64,000 nt of DNA from Mobula hypostoma (GCF_963921235.1 NC_086097.1:120158001-120222000), one strand, 5' to 3'. Positions 1 through 12,309 are shown, counted from the stretch's first letter. Notes: generated by a model from the letters alone, not told the origin. Numbers and translations are program-made.

Positions 1-520
1 TTAAACCAGGCCAATAAAAATGTCTAGAAAACTTGTTCATAGTTTTCTTTACACCTAAATGACCACCCAACCGAATAATATGAGCCATAGTTAAAAGCTC
101 ATTTCGATAAATTTTAGGAACTACTACCTGATGATTAACTTCCCATTTGTCACTAGCAGGAATTGTAGGTGATCTCCACTTTCTCATTAATACTCCCTTT
201 TCAAAATAATATCCTACTGGCACTTTTTCAGTTTCACTATCTGGAAGACCTTGTTCTTTTAATTTAACTATCTCAGGATCTCTACCCTGCTCTGCTATCA
301 TCTCCTTCTGAGATAAAGACAAATCCTCCTGGTCAGACTTACTACCAAAATCCTGATCAAATAATGTAGGTAAGAAAGTTTCTGATACATCCTCAAAATT
401 CGAACCTTGATTTCAACAATCACGGGTAACAACCTCATCCTGTACATCTGTCTTTTTAGCCAGGAATAATCTGTGTTAGAATCCCTCTATGGTTCCTCAA
501 AATTAGGATTTATTTTTAAA
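1..520 (-). mobile_element. Gmr1-like Ty3/Gypsy pol fragment: integrase N-terminal zinc-binding region, running off the window start
   Basis: Manual translation of 240->1 gives VPVGYYFEKGVLMRKWRSP...QVVVPKIYRNELLTMAHIIRLGGHLGVKKTMNKFSRHFYWPGL (GHLG..KT...FYWPG integrase motif). Continues the element at 1353-2760. Confidence 0.85.
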
Positions 521-524
521 TACT

Positions 525-1352
525 AGTGTGCATGCGTCGGTCGTGCATGCAGCCTGGTACAGCCGTCCCGATCTATTCTTTTACTTTCTTCTTCTTACTT
601 TTTAATTTACATTATTTTTGTATTTTTTTTTTCTCACGGTAACACTTCAAAGCTGCACCCTCTCTAACATGCTGGTAGAGAGAGTTTTATTTGGGTTTTC
701 TTTAGCGCTGGAAATGGTTACATCCCAACACGCGGGACAGAAGCAAGGTCGTATTGTGTATTTCACGGACCAGCAAATCCCGGCCGGCTTAGCTAACAGA
801 GTGGTGGACAACCCTACTGAAATCCAAAGGAAAACGCACAGAGGGGGATCACAAAGCCGAGGAAAGAGGACCGGATCGAGACAACAGAGACTTTTGGAGA
901 AGAGGAGTTCGGTGGGTAATATCGTTCCGGCTGACCAGAAGTGCACCAAGAGCAGTAAGCGTAAAGGAGTTTGGTGCTTACTGATCTGGTTAACAACGGA
1001 TGGTGCAATCTGGGGTATATTACAATCGAGGAACGTGTTTGCAGACTGGATATTGAACTTTTTACTGTTGGACTTTGGCTACATTCCACCGTGATACAAC
1101 ACTGGCGGCACGGGAGGTCGTTCCTGCCTGTGGCCATTGAACGTGCAGCTCCTCCCATGGAGGGTCAGACACCCTGAGCCAATAGACTGGTCCTGGACTT
1201 ATTTTCCATCTGGCATAGTTTGCATTTTGTTGTTTGATTGTTGGGGTTTTTTCGTATTGCTATATTTACGCTCTATTCTTGGTTGGTGCGGCTGTAACGA
1301 AACCAAATTTCCCTCTGGATTAATAAAGCATCTCTATCTATCTATCTATCTA
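525..1352 (+). mobile_element. Internally deleted non-autonomous Rex1/Babar-type LINE inserted into the Gypsy pol
   Basis: Endonuclease-like peptide VNNGWCNLGYITIEERVCRLDIELFTVGL (ORF 971) is joined to the LINE C-terminus HGRSFLPVAI. The 3' part matches the reverse complement of 11240-11390. Ends in AATAAA and a (TCTA)n tail. Confidence 0.75.
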
Positions 1353-2760
1353 ACTACACTCCAGGAAAAAACTTGTCCACCTGCTAAATCATTCCCTAAC
1401 AAAAGAGAAACATCATTCACAGGTAAACTGGATTGTAGTCCTACTTTAACCACCCCTGTAACTAATCCTGACCTTAAATTTACTCCATGTAAACGTACTG
1501 GCATAAGGGCACTCCCAACTCCTCTTATATAATTTACCTCACCAATGTCAGACTTATCACTAAACTTTAGCATACTGTCAAATATTAGTGGTTGAGAAGC
1601 TCCAGTATCTCTAAGCATTCTTATTGGTACTGAATTTGACCCTTCTTTCAAGGATACAAATGCTTCTGTTATAAAAGTCTCATATCCCTTCTTAACTTGT
1701 TCAGACTCTGACAGATCTTCATTAGTATTTTCTAAACCCTGTGAATTTACAGGTGTTTCAATATGCTTTACACAAGCATCTGGGGAGGGTCCTTTCTCTT
1801 TTTTTTTCCAATCAAAAGCAGTTAGCTACTGCATATCCAGGTTTCTTACAATAATTAAAAACAATACCAAAATGTCTTTCCTTCACATGTCTCCCTTCAT
1901 CCTTACTTTTCTCACTAACTTCAGGTTTAATATCTGGTTTACCTTGACTCTTTGTGCTATTTTTCCTTTTAAAAGTTCTACCTGGAGAAAATTTATTCTT
2001 TTGAATTAAAACATATTCATCAGCTAATTTAGCAGTCTCCTGCAATGTAGCAGTGTACCTTTCATTTAAGTATGTTCTCACTTCAACAGGAATGCTTCTT
2101 TTAAATTCCTCCAGTAAAATCAACTCTTTTAATTTATTATACTCCCCAATCACATTTTTAGAGGAAACCCATCTCTCAAAACACACAGATTTCTCATAGG
2201 CAAATTCTACATAAGTTTTTTCCACAGATTTCTTCAAATTTCTGAATCTTTCTCTATACACTTCCAGAACCAACTCATATGCCTTTATTATATGTTGTTT
2301 AACAATATCATAATCCAGTGCTTGCTCAGCATTTAAAGCTGTATAAACTTGTTGTGCCTTGCCCTTAATTACACTTTGTAACATCACTGGCCATTGCTCT
2401 TTCGGCCACCCTAAGCTCAGAGCAATAATTTTGAAATGCTGGAAATATTTGTCCACTTCAGCTTCATTAAATGGAGGAGCCAAAATAACCTCACGACTAG
2501 CAATAAACTGTTTCTTAGAACCAGAAGACTGATTTCCCATCCTTCATTTCTCCATCTCTAACTCAATTTTTCTCTGATTTTCAGCTTCTCTTTCTTTAAA
2601 TTCCCTTAATTTATTTGTCTCTCCTTCATCAAATTCCCTTTTCTTATTTGCCTCTCTTTCGGGCATTTCCGCTTTAAATTTTTCAAACATTATCTGTTCA
2701 AGATGTAACTGCATTTCCAGATTACTCATTGGAAACCTATCTAACATCTCATCATCAAAG
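1353..2760 (-). mobile_element. Gmr1-like Gypsy gag (SCAN-like capsid, zinc-knuckle remnant) and aspartic protease, frameshifted
   Basis: ORF 1812-2540 (PPFNEAEVDKYFQHF...WPKEQW...LKELILLEEF; FNYCKKPGYAVANC) and ORF 1346-1651 (LRDTGA protease motif, LLGNDL). Confidence 0.88.
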
Positions 2761-2929
2761 GATTCTGTGCAAAGGATTCACGATGCAGGAAATAAACAGC
2801 TTAAAACTGACCTTAATTTCTAGAGAACAATTGCTGCATGAACTGCCTGACTCTTTTGGCAAGAGTTATCTTTGATGCAGGTCGCTACTTCTTCAATGAA
2901 GACTCAATAAGGTCGATCGTTTATTATAC

Positions 2930-4060
2930 TGCCAAACATTCCCAACTGCCAAAAACAGTTCATTGTGGGTCACATGGGGCCCTCCACTCCCAGGTTACTT
3001 GTCTAGTCTATGCACATGACTGTGGCGATCTTCCCCCACATACACTAATTCCTGCAGTAATCTGATGGTGGAGTCTATGGTGCTCCATTTCACTGGTTCC
3101 AATAAGGGCAGCACCACTCCCTTTAAACTGGGAGTTGCTGCTTTAACTAAATACAGCACCATGGTCAAGGTTAACCTATGACCCTCTGACTGGTCACTGC
3201 CACTATCGTACCAAGTCCTCCTGGTGAAGGGTTTCTGACCCTTCCTCTACAGTTCTCCACTCCTGCCAGGGCTGAAAGCCCCACTCGAAGAGTGAGGGAT
3301 ACCTGTCCTTAAACAGTGGTATCACTCTGCCCCATAGTGATTCATCAGCCTCTCAGGGTATTGTTAATCATGTGGTGGGTCAACAGTCCCCCTCCAGGTT
3401 ATCCATCTGCCTCCTGGATAAACTTACAGACCACATCCCAGATCCTCAGCAACCACATGGGGAAAGGCTCCCCTGGCTTCAGCCTGTACCCGTCTCTGAA
3501 CTCCACCAATATCTTAGTGGAGAACTCCATGATAGTGGTTGTCTGGGTGTGGCCTATTATGCTATTCTTCCCAGGTCCTGCTCCCTCATGATGCTTCTCT
3601 CTCCCAACCTGTTGCTTTTCCTCACCCTGTTCCATGGAGGCTGGAGGGCCTATGGACCGGTGGCTCCCTTGTCTGGTCTGGGACTGCGTGACCACCAAGC
3701 TGGCCTGTACTGGAGCAGCTACATAGGGGAAGGGCGCTCACTTAGAGTGGGAGCTCCAAGGCTCTCCTAACCTCTTTTCCCCATCCTCACTGTCCCCTAC
3801 GCACATGTCGGGGTCACCTCCCTGCAACATCAGGGCTCGAACCTTAATGGGGTCCAGTTGTCATTTAGCCTTGCGAGCAGCCTGTAACTGCTATACCTTT
3901 ACTAGCTGACAGGCCATCTCCCTACTTTTATCCTCTAACTGTGTGTTGTGTGTTGCCTGAGTCTGTGCTGCCCCACATTGCTGGGCCTCCTCCGTGCTAG
4001 CACATCGCAGGGCTCTCTGCAGTGCAGCATGACCCCATAGTCTACCATTTCCACAGCACC
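2930..4060 (-). mobile_element. Degenerate ERV-L/Fv1-like (class III retroviral) gag fragment
   Basis: Collinear minus-strand peptides DPIKVRALMLQGGDP (3860-3810), YRLKPGEPFPMWLLRIWD (ORF 3399-3698), SLWGRV...RYPSL...WRTVEEG and LVKAATPSLKGVVLPLL resemble ERV-L gag motifs. Frameshifts and stops are present. Confidence 0.65.
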
Positions 4061-4257
4061 TTCATCTACCTGGTCCATGGCAACCCGAGAGGAAAAGAGA
4101 CAACATGGTTACCACACACTAGATTTGAACTCATGATGTCATCAGCTAAACAGAAGTGAGTGGAACGGGCTGCAATGCTCCTTACACGGGCTGGCCCCCA
4201 CCTTCCATGGGGAGATATGGAGTGGCTTTTTAAGAGAAGATAAGTCAAGACACTTAC

Positions 4258-4830
4258 AAACACAAGAAAGTCTTGAGAAGGTGGAAATCCAAAGCAGCAC
4301 ACACAGAATGCTTGAGGAACTCAGCAGGTCAGGCAATGTCTATGGAAAAGTATAAATAGTCAACATTTAGGGCCAAGATCCCTCTTCAGGACTGAGAAGG
4401 AAGGGGTAAGATGCCAGAATAAAAAAGTTGGGGGGCAGGGAAGGGGAAGAAGCTAGCTGGAAGGTGATAGGTGAAGCTAGGTGGGTGGGAAAGGTGAAGG
4501 GCTGGAGAAAAAAGCAGCTGATAGGAGAGGAGAGCGGACAATAGGAGGGGACCCAGGGGAAGTGATAAGCAGGTGAGAAGTGAAAAGTCAAGAGTGTAGA
4601 ATAGAGGAAGTGGGGAGGGGGTGGGAGGTTGTGATTTGTTGGTAGATTTGATCTCCTGAAGGAGAAATCGATATTCATGCTATCAGGTTGGAGTATGTGG
4701 TGTTGTTCCTCCACCCTGAGGGTGACCTCATTTTGGCACAAGAGGAGGCCATGGATTGACTCGTCTGAACAGGAATGGGAATCGAAATTAAAATGATTGG
4801 CCACTGGGAAATTCCGCTTGTTGTGGATGG
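4258..4830 (-). mobile_element. Penelope-like element 3' end (GIY-YIG C-terminus, pyrimidine-rich UTR, degenerate hammerhead)
   Basis: ORF 4367-4846: PVANHFN...HGLLLCQNEVTLRVEEQH...LQPDSMNIDFS. Same terminus as 18756-19900. Confidence 0.8.
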
Positions 4831-5531
4831 TGCGAAACTGCAACATTCCATCCCTTTGAAGAGGAGTGAATTCTCACCAGCTGCTAAGTGGAAGGACTCC
4901 TCATGAATTAACCCCTCAGAATCTGGCACTGGAAGGTTCCACAAAAATGTAACAGCTCTGGAAGCACTGTAGGATACAGAACCTGCTGAGGGTTAAATCT
5001 TAAAACTGTGGAATCACTGCAGCAAGTCAACAATTCCCATAATGGACACATACGATGTGAGCAATAAATTCAGCTTGTAATCATGATGGTTTCTTTGTGA
5101 TACCTTGCTATCAAAGTTCAGCAGCTCCTATTGAATAAGAATGAATGATTTCCTTTTCCATGTCTATCTTGTTAGAATCTTGCAATGCATATTCAAAGTG
5201 CATGGCACTTTGGACCAGTCTCATAGATGGGCAAGATACATAAAGGGATATTATGCAAATAAAAACATAGTCAAGCCAACACATGAAGCGGTATTAGAAC
5301 ATTATCAGCCTTAAATTCTTTCTCCACTCATAAACGTGCTGACAGAAACCACATAAAATGTGTATTTTTTACATTTGTATACTCATTAATTAAAAGAGGA
5401 CATGCATATAGATATAAGCTGTTTTGTAATCCACAGATCTATATCTATTCTACAGTTAGAATAGAGCAAGCAATGAACAATAACATACATTGAAAGACTG
5501 ATGTTTACATGAAAAAAGACCTTGGTTCATT

Positions 5532-5665
5532 AACACAAGAGATTCTGCAGATGCTGGAAATCCAGAGTAACAGACAGAAAACTCTGGAGAAAATTAGCAG
5601 GTTAAGTTGCACCTATGGGGAGGAACAAAGACTTGACGTTTTGGGCTGAGACCCTTCATCAGGAC
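5532..5665 (-). mobile_element. Short stand-alone Penelope-terminus retroposon carrying a hammerhead motif
   Basis: Minus strand reads GTC-CTGATGA-AGGGTCTCAGCCC-AAAACGTC. Flanked by a 9-bp direct repeat TGGTTCATT (5523-5531, 5666-5674). Confidence 0.8.
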
Positions 5666-6115
5666 TGGTTCATTCACATTGTTTCATAGGTTTCTTCAAC
5701 AGGAATAGATCCCACTGAGTATTCAACCGGATACCTAACATTGCTTCTCTGATGTAAGGTTCTAAAGAATGCTCATTGACCTGAAACACAGAAGTTTATT
5801 TCTTCCTCTTGATCCTACTTTGGAGCATTTTCTGTCTATCTTTCAAATTTCCACATTAACATTTACTCTATTGCCCTCACTGTCTGTGTGGACACAGCTA
5901 TGCAGCAAGCTAAATAATTTCTCAAAGCTCAGCTGAAATGGAAGCTTTTTTCAGGGTGTTTAATGAAATCTCTTCTTGTAAAGCTGTACAGAGTTAATCA
6001 AAATATGAATTAAATTCAATACAGAATCAATAATAAACTTGTGGCACAAATAAAATTAATCATAATGCTTTCTTTAAAATATGTCTACTAATATTACTAA
6101 AAACTTAACACTCAC

Positions 6116-6167
6116 CGATCTTGCTGTTTCAAGGGCAAATAAAGTCGATGGAGATCATCGTATGCTT
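6116..6167 (-). CDS. Candidate coding exon of an unidentified host gene, (E)AYDDLHRLYLPLKQQD(R)
   Basis: 52 nt, acceptor cttttactctaag, donor CG|gtgagt. Only one frame is open and it is phase-compatible with the exon at 6253-6329 across an 85-nt GT-AG intron. Confidence 0.45.
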
Positions 6168-6252
6168 CTTAGAGTAAAAGCTAACCCACACAGGAAATGA
6201 TATACAAAACGTTTACATATCAGAAATGATGCTCATGCAAAGTGAGCGGTAC

Positions 6253-6329
6253 CTTTAGAGACAGCCTGGCATCCATAGGAAGTCATACTCAGCAAACAGA
6301 ACAAAAGGTCAAGCATCACTTCACCAAGT
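6253..6329 (-). CDS. Candidate coding exon of an unidentified host gene, LGEVMLDLLFCLLSMTSYGCQAVSK
   Basis: 77 nt, strong acceptor ctattcttcttttgccatag, donor AAG|gtaccg. Phase 2 to phase 1; lies in non-repetitive sequence. Confidence 0.45.
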
Positions 6330-6529
6330 CTATGGCAAAAGAAGAATAGCCTCAGAGACTGGTCTTGAAAACGGTCTTACTACACTGTTTTTAACCATCC
6401 CACTTAGAAACTGTCGGCTTCAATAACATACTTGCTCGTGGTAATGGGTAATGAGCATCCCAGTGACATGGAACTTACATAGAATGACGATTGGGTGAGT
6501 TACGCCTTCTTTATCCGTCCTTCCACTTG

Positions 6530-7050
6530 CAATAAGCAAGGATGTAATGATGAGGCTTTATAAGGCATTGGTCAGATCATGCTTGGAGTATTATGAGTAG
6601 CCTCTTATATAAGAAAAGATGTGCTGGCACTAGAGGAGATTTCAATTCCCACTGCTGCCTGTAAGGAGATTGTACATTCTCCCTGAGACCACGAATGTTT
6701 CCACCAGGTACTCCGGTTTCCTTCCGCAGTCCAAAGACGTACTGCATGGTAGGGTAATTGGTCGTTGTAAATTGTCCTGTGATTAGACTAGGGTTAAAGT
6801 GGGGGTTACAAGGTGGTGAGGCTCAAAGGGGCAGAAGGGCCTGTTCTGCACTGTATCTCGATGAATAAATAAATATGAGGAGCGTCTAATGTTTCTGGTC
6901 CTGTACTCACGGGAGTTTTGGGGGAGGTGGATCTCCCTGAAATTTACTGAATATTGAAGAGCCCAGATAGAGTGCATGCGAAGATGATATTTATTATAGT
7001 AAAACAGAGATAAGGATGAATTTATTTAACCATGGGGTGCTGAATCTGTG
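6530..7050 (+). mobile_element. Decayed CR1 LINE 3' fragments split by a SINE
   Basis: SKDVMMRLYKALVR...LEY-like CR1 ORF2 C-terminal sequence at 6535-6630 resumes at about 6877. Confidence 0.6.
6641..6876 (+). mobile_element. V-SINE / HE1-like tRNA-derived SINE, 5'-truncated
   Basis: V-domain-like core CTCCGGTTTCCTTCCGCAGTCCAAAGACGT, CR1-like tail GGGCCTGTTCTGCACTGTATCTC and (TAAA)n end. Confidence 0.7.
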
Positions 7051-7624
7051 TGGGAATCTAACTGTGTAGGAACTCCGTGTAAACAGATAAAAACATTGGA
7101 GTCTGGACTAAAATTTTCAAATTCTGGAAAATCAATAAACAAGCCTTTTCCTTTCACCTTGACAATTGATAAACATTCTTACCAAAATGTTGTGGATGAA
7201 GTACAGAGGATTATTTTTCCCTTTACTTTACCATGGTGTTTTATCTTCTGCAGAACTAAGCATAAGACTATAAACCGTAAGAGCAGAATTAGGCTATTTG
7301 GTCCGTTGAGTCTGTCCCGTTATTCCACCTTGATTGATTTATTGTACCACTTGACCCAATTATCTTGCCTTTTCTTTGTTGTTTTTGACATCCTAACTAA
7401 TCAAGAATACCCAATGACTTGGCCTCCTCATCTGTCTGTTGCTATGCATTCCAATTGTGTTGAGGGAGGTTTGGTTAGCTCCAGGTAAAAGGTTTCAAGC
7501 AGTATTGTTCATCTATTTTTCACCATGCCCTATCCCACACTCATCCACCTTCCCCTTTACCTGGTTTCACCCTTCACTTGCAGCTTGTACACCTTTGTCC
7601 TTCCCCACAACCCCACACCCACTG

Positions 7625-8185
7625 TCAGAATTAGAATCAGATTTAATATCACTGGCATATGTCATGAAATTTGTTGTTTTGCAGTAGTGAATTACAATAC
7701 ATAATAATAAAACTATAAATTACAATAAGAAGTATATACAAAAAAAATTAAATATGTAGTGCAAAAAAGGGGGGAAAAGTACTGAGGAAGTCTTCATGGG
7801 TTCCTTGTCCATTCAGAAATCTCATAGCAGAGGGGAAGAAGCTGTTGCTGAAATGTTGAGTGGATGTCCTCAGGTTCCTGTACCTCCTCCTTCTTGCTAA
7901 CAATGAGAAGAGAGCATGTCCTGGGTGATCGGGGTCTTTTTTGAGGCATCACCTTTTGATGATGTTCTGGATGCTGGGGAGACTCGTGCCCACGATGGAA
8001 CTTGTTGAGTTTACAACTTTCTGCAGCTTTTTCCGATCCCATGCAGTGTACCCTCCATACCAGATGCTGATGCCACCAGTTAGAATACTATCCATAGTAC
8101 ATCTGTAAAATTTGTAAGTGTCTTTGGTGACATACTAATTCTCCTCAAAATCCTAATGAAATATAGCTGCTGTTATGCTTTCTTT
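7625..8185 (-). mobile_element. Rex1/Babar-type LINE 3' fragment
   Basis: Minus-strand C-terminal RFRNSFFP-like coding remnant and (CTGATT)n-type tail shared with 8190 and 38053. Confidence 0.7.
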
Positions 8186-9144
8186 GGAATTCAGAGTCAG
8201 AATCAAATTTAATATCACCGGTATATGTTGTGAAATTTATTGTCTTTGTGGCAGCACTACAATTAAATAAATGATAAATAAATACCAAGAAAAAAGCTGA
8301 ATTATGTTAAGTGAATATTTATGTCTATTAAATAGTTAAGATACAATAAGTAGTGCAAAGTAACAGAAAAAAGGTAGTGAGTTGTGTTTTGGGGTTCAAT
8401 GTCCATTTAGGAATCAGATGGCAGAGGGGAAGAAGCTGTTCCTGAATCGCCGCGTGTGTGCCTTTAGCTGCTGTACCTCCTTCCGGATGGTAAATGTGTG
8501 AAGAGGACATGTTCTAGGTGTAGGGGATCCTTAATGATAGACGCTGCCTTCTTAAGGCACTGCTCTTGGAAGATGTCTTGGATACTCTGGAGGCTTGCAT
8601 CAATTGTTGGACCCAGGATAGATTCTCAGAGATATTGACCTGCAGGAATTTGAAACTGCTCACCCTTTCCACTCCTGATTCTTCGACGAGGACTAGTGTG
8701 TTTTCCCTCGACTTCCCCAACCTGAAGTCCACCATCAATTCCTTGCTCTTACTGATGTTGAGTGCAATGTTGCTACTGCAACAACACTCAACCAGCCGAT
8801 CTGCCTTGCTCCTGTAGGCCTTCTTGTCACTGTCTGAAATTCTGCCAACAACAGCTACGCTGTCAGCAAATTTATAGATGGTGTTTGAGCTGTGCCTAGC
8901 CACATAATCGTGGGTGTAGAAAGAGTAGTGCTGTAGGCTAAGTGCGCATCCTTGAAGCATTGATAGGCAGCGAGGAGGAGAAGTTATTTCTGACCTGCAC
9001 AGCCTGTGGTATCCCGGTGAGGAAGTCAAGGATCCAGTTGCAGAGGGAGGTACAGAGGCCCAGATTTTGGAGCTTGTTGATTAGCACTGAGGGTTTGATG
9101 GTGTTGAACACTGAACTGTAGTGAATAAACAGCAGCTTGATCTA

Positions 9145-9652
9145 CAGTACTGGGCAAAAGCCTTCGGCACATATGCATAGCTAGGGTGCCTAAAACTTTT
9201 GCATAGTACTGTATGAATTTTATGTATTGCACTGTACTGTTGCTGCAAAAACTAAAACAAATTTCATGACATATGTCAGTAATGTTAAACCTGACTCTGA
9301 TACGGGTCTCTGTCGTGGACAAAGTGGGAAGGCGGCAGGCTGGGGAAGGGGGAAGGGGGAGGGGAGAGAGCGGGAAGCACCAGAGAGACATTCTGTAATT
9401 ATCAATAAACCAATTGCTTGGAATTAAATAACCTTACCCGATGTCTCAGGGTTGGGGGTGTCTGCACCCATGCCACCCTGCCCCGGGCACTCCTTCTCTG
9501 CCACCTGTCCCACACCTCTCCTGAGATGTTCCACCTTCACCATTCCCAGAATCCTTTGCTTCCACCAGATTTATAAACTCACTCTCTGTCCCACATTGAT
9601 AAATGGTACTGTGTAAAGGTCTTAGGCACTAATATATGTGCTTTTTTACAGA
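9145..9652. mobile_element. Tc1/mariner-like MITE with doubled TIR unit carrying a LINE tail
   Basis: TA|CAGTACTGGGCAAAAGCCTTCGGCAC...GTGCCTAAAACTTTTGCATAGTACTG palindrome (9145-9211) and a second TIR copy GTACTGTGTAAAGGTCTTAGGCAC at about 9606. Confidence 0.6.
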
Positions 9653-11134
9653 GGATTAGCCGTATTACTGTCATCCAGGTGATCCAAACCTGAATGGAGA
9701 GCCAGTGAGATTGCATCCACTGTGGACCTATTATGCAAATAGGCAAACTCCAGCGAGTCCAGGTCCTTGCTTAGGCAGGAGTTGATTCTGCTACGACCAA
9801 CCTCTCAAAGCACTTCATCACAGTAGATGTGAATGCCATTGGGTGATAGTTGAGTAGGTCACCCTGCTCTTCGTGTGCACTGGGATGATTGTTGTCCATT
9901 GGAAGCAGGTGCAAACCCCTGACTGCAGCAGTGAGAGACTGAAGGTGCCTTTATGCACTCCCGGTACACCATCAGGGCCTGACACCTTGTGATGGTTGAC
10001 CCTCTTCGAAGATATCCTGACGTCAGTCTCTGACACAGAGATCATAGGATCACCAGATGCTGAAGGGATTCGCATGATGAAGCTTTTTTTCTCTGTTTCA
10101 AAGCATGCACAATAGGCATTGAACTCATCTGGGAGTGAAGCACCACAGATATTCATGTTAATCTTTGCCTCGTAGCAAGTAATTGCTTGCAAACCCTGCC
10201 AGAACTAATGTGCATCAGATTCCACCTCCAACCTGAATCAGAATTGTTTTTTCTCACTTTTAAAATAATCTTCCATCAACCCCGTATAGTTCTGGATCAC
10301 TGGTCTTGAATGCCACAGACTTAACCCTCTGCAGACTACAAATCTGGTTCATCCATGGCTTTTGATTTGGGTATGTCTGATATATTCTCGAAGGCATGCA
10401 CTTGTCCACACAGGCTTTGATGAAGTCAGTGACAACCGTGACATACTCATTCAGGCTCGCAGATGAATCACTGAATGTTGTCCAGTCCACTGACTCAAAG
10501 CAGTCCTGTAAGCGCTCCTCTGCTTCCTTTGACCATACCTTCTTGGTCCTCACCACTGGCGTTCTTTAGTCTCTGTGAAATCACAGGGTGTAGGGGTAGA
10601 GCCAGATGATCAGACTTTCCAAAGTGTAGGTGTGGGTTGGCAAAGTAAACGTTCTCGATGGTGGTATACAAATGGTCAAGTGTGTTGGCTCCTCTGGTTC
10701 CACAGGTTCCATGTTGGTGATAGTTGTTCAGAGACTTCTTCAAGTTGGCCTGGTTGAAATCTCCTGGAATGATAGGGAAAGCATCAGGATGTGTGGTTTT
10801 ATGCCTGCTGATTATGCTGCTCAGCTCCTCCAGTGCCTGCCTGACGTTGGACTGAGGTGGAATGGACACCACCACCAGGATGATGGCAGATAAATGGGAT
10901 GATATTTGACCACCGGATTTTACAGGCTGAGTGAGTATAACTGCGACAGAACCACCACGTTTATGCACAACAATGAATTAGTCATAGAACATACTCCACT
11001 TCCTCCGACTTTAAAAGACTGAGCCGTCTTGTCTTGTGGAGAATGATGAAGCCGTTGGGCTGGAGCTCTGTGTTTTAAGATGTGGGTATGAGCCATTTTT
11101 CTGTAAATCAGAGTACACAGCAGACCCTATTGTC

Positions 11135-11925
11135 ATAGTCATAGTCATGGTCATAGTCATACTTTATTGGTCCTGGGGGAAATCGGTTTTCGTTACAGTT
11201 GCACCATAAATAATAAATAGTAATAAAACCATAAATAGTTAAATAGTAATATGTAAATTATGCCAGGAAATAAGTCCATGAGCAGCCTTTTGGCTCAGGG
11301 TGTCTGACCCTCCAAGAGATGAGTTGTAAGGTTTGATGGCCACAGGCAGGAATGACTTCCTATGACACTCTGTGCTGCATCTCGGTGGAATGAGTCTCTG
11401 GCTGAATGTACTCCTGTGCCCACCCAGTGCATTATGTAGTGATTGGGAAACATTGACCAAGATGGCATGCAACTTAGACAGCATCCTTTTTTCAGACACC
11501 ACCGTGAGAGAGTCCAGTTCCATCCTCACAACATCACTGGCCTTACGGATGAGTTTGTTGATTCTGTTGGTGTCTGCTACCGTCATCCTGCTGCCCCAGC
11601 ACACAACAGCAAACATGATAGCACTGGCCACCACAGACTCGTAGAACATCCTCAGCATCGTCCGGCAGATGTTAAAGGACCTCAGTCTCCTCAGGAAATA
11701 GAGACGGCTCTGACCCTTCTTGTAGACAGTCTCAGTGTTCTTTGACCAGTTGAATTTATTGTCAATTAGTATCCCCAGGTACTTGTAATCCTCCACCATG
11801 TCCACACTGACCTTTGGATGGAAACAGGGGTCACCGGTACCTTAGCTCTCCTCAGGTCTACCACCAGCTCCTTAGTCTTTTTCACATTAAGCTGCAGATA
11901 ATTCTGCTCACACCATGTGACAAAG
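11135..11925 (-). mobile_element. Younger Rex1/Babar LINE 3' end nested in the older Rex1 endonuclease region
   Basis: ORF 11239-11805 (YKYLG...SRLYFLRRLRSF...HRKSFLPVAIK), (ACTATG)n tail, and 5-bp duplication TTGTC at 11130-11134 and 11926-11930. Confidence 0.9.
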
Positions 11926-12309
11926 TTGTCCTTCTGCTAATGCAATCTTGCTCTGAGGTCTTGAATTTTATTTTTGAGAGACTGTACATTTCCCAGCATG
12001 ATGGTTGGGAATTGGGGGCGGGGGGTGGTGGGTGTCTAAGACCTTTGCACTTCCTTCAATCGTACCTGTAGACCATCACACCTATGCCACTTCCATTTTC
12101 TTAAAGGGGAATGACAACCACGACGTGAGTCTGCTATCCGGGGTCTGTCTGTTTTGAAGACCAATAGATTTTTTAAGCATCTTAACATGATGCTATTTAC
12201 CAAAGTACTCATGTTTGTGACTGTGGATTTCAGCTGCAGTAGTACTGAACGGGAATATTTACTGATTCTTATTGGAGCTGCACACATAGGGTCGCCACTT
12301 AATGGCTCC

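Noticed and set aside
5104..5127. 24-nt micro-exon ELLNFDSK
   Set aside because: Splice signals are plausible but the phase is incompatible with exon 6116-6167, and it is too short to distinguish from chance.
11131..11162. Short tandem repeats (GTCATA)n, and similar ones at 23190, 34431, 39760 and 41200, as CRISPR or satellite
   Set aside because: These are microsatellite 3' tails of LINEs, with no spacers.
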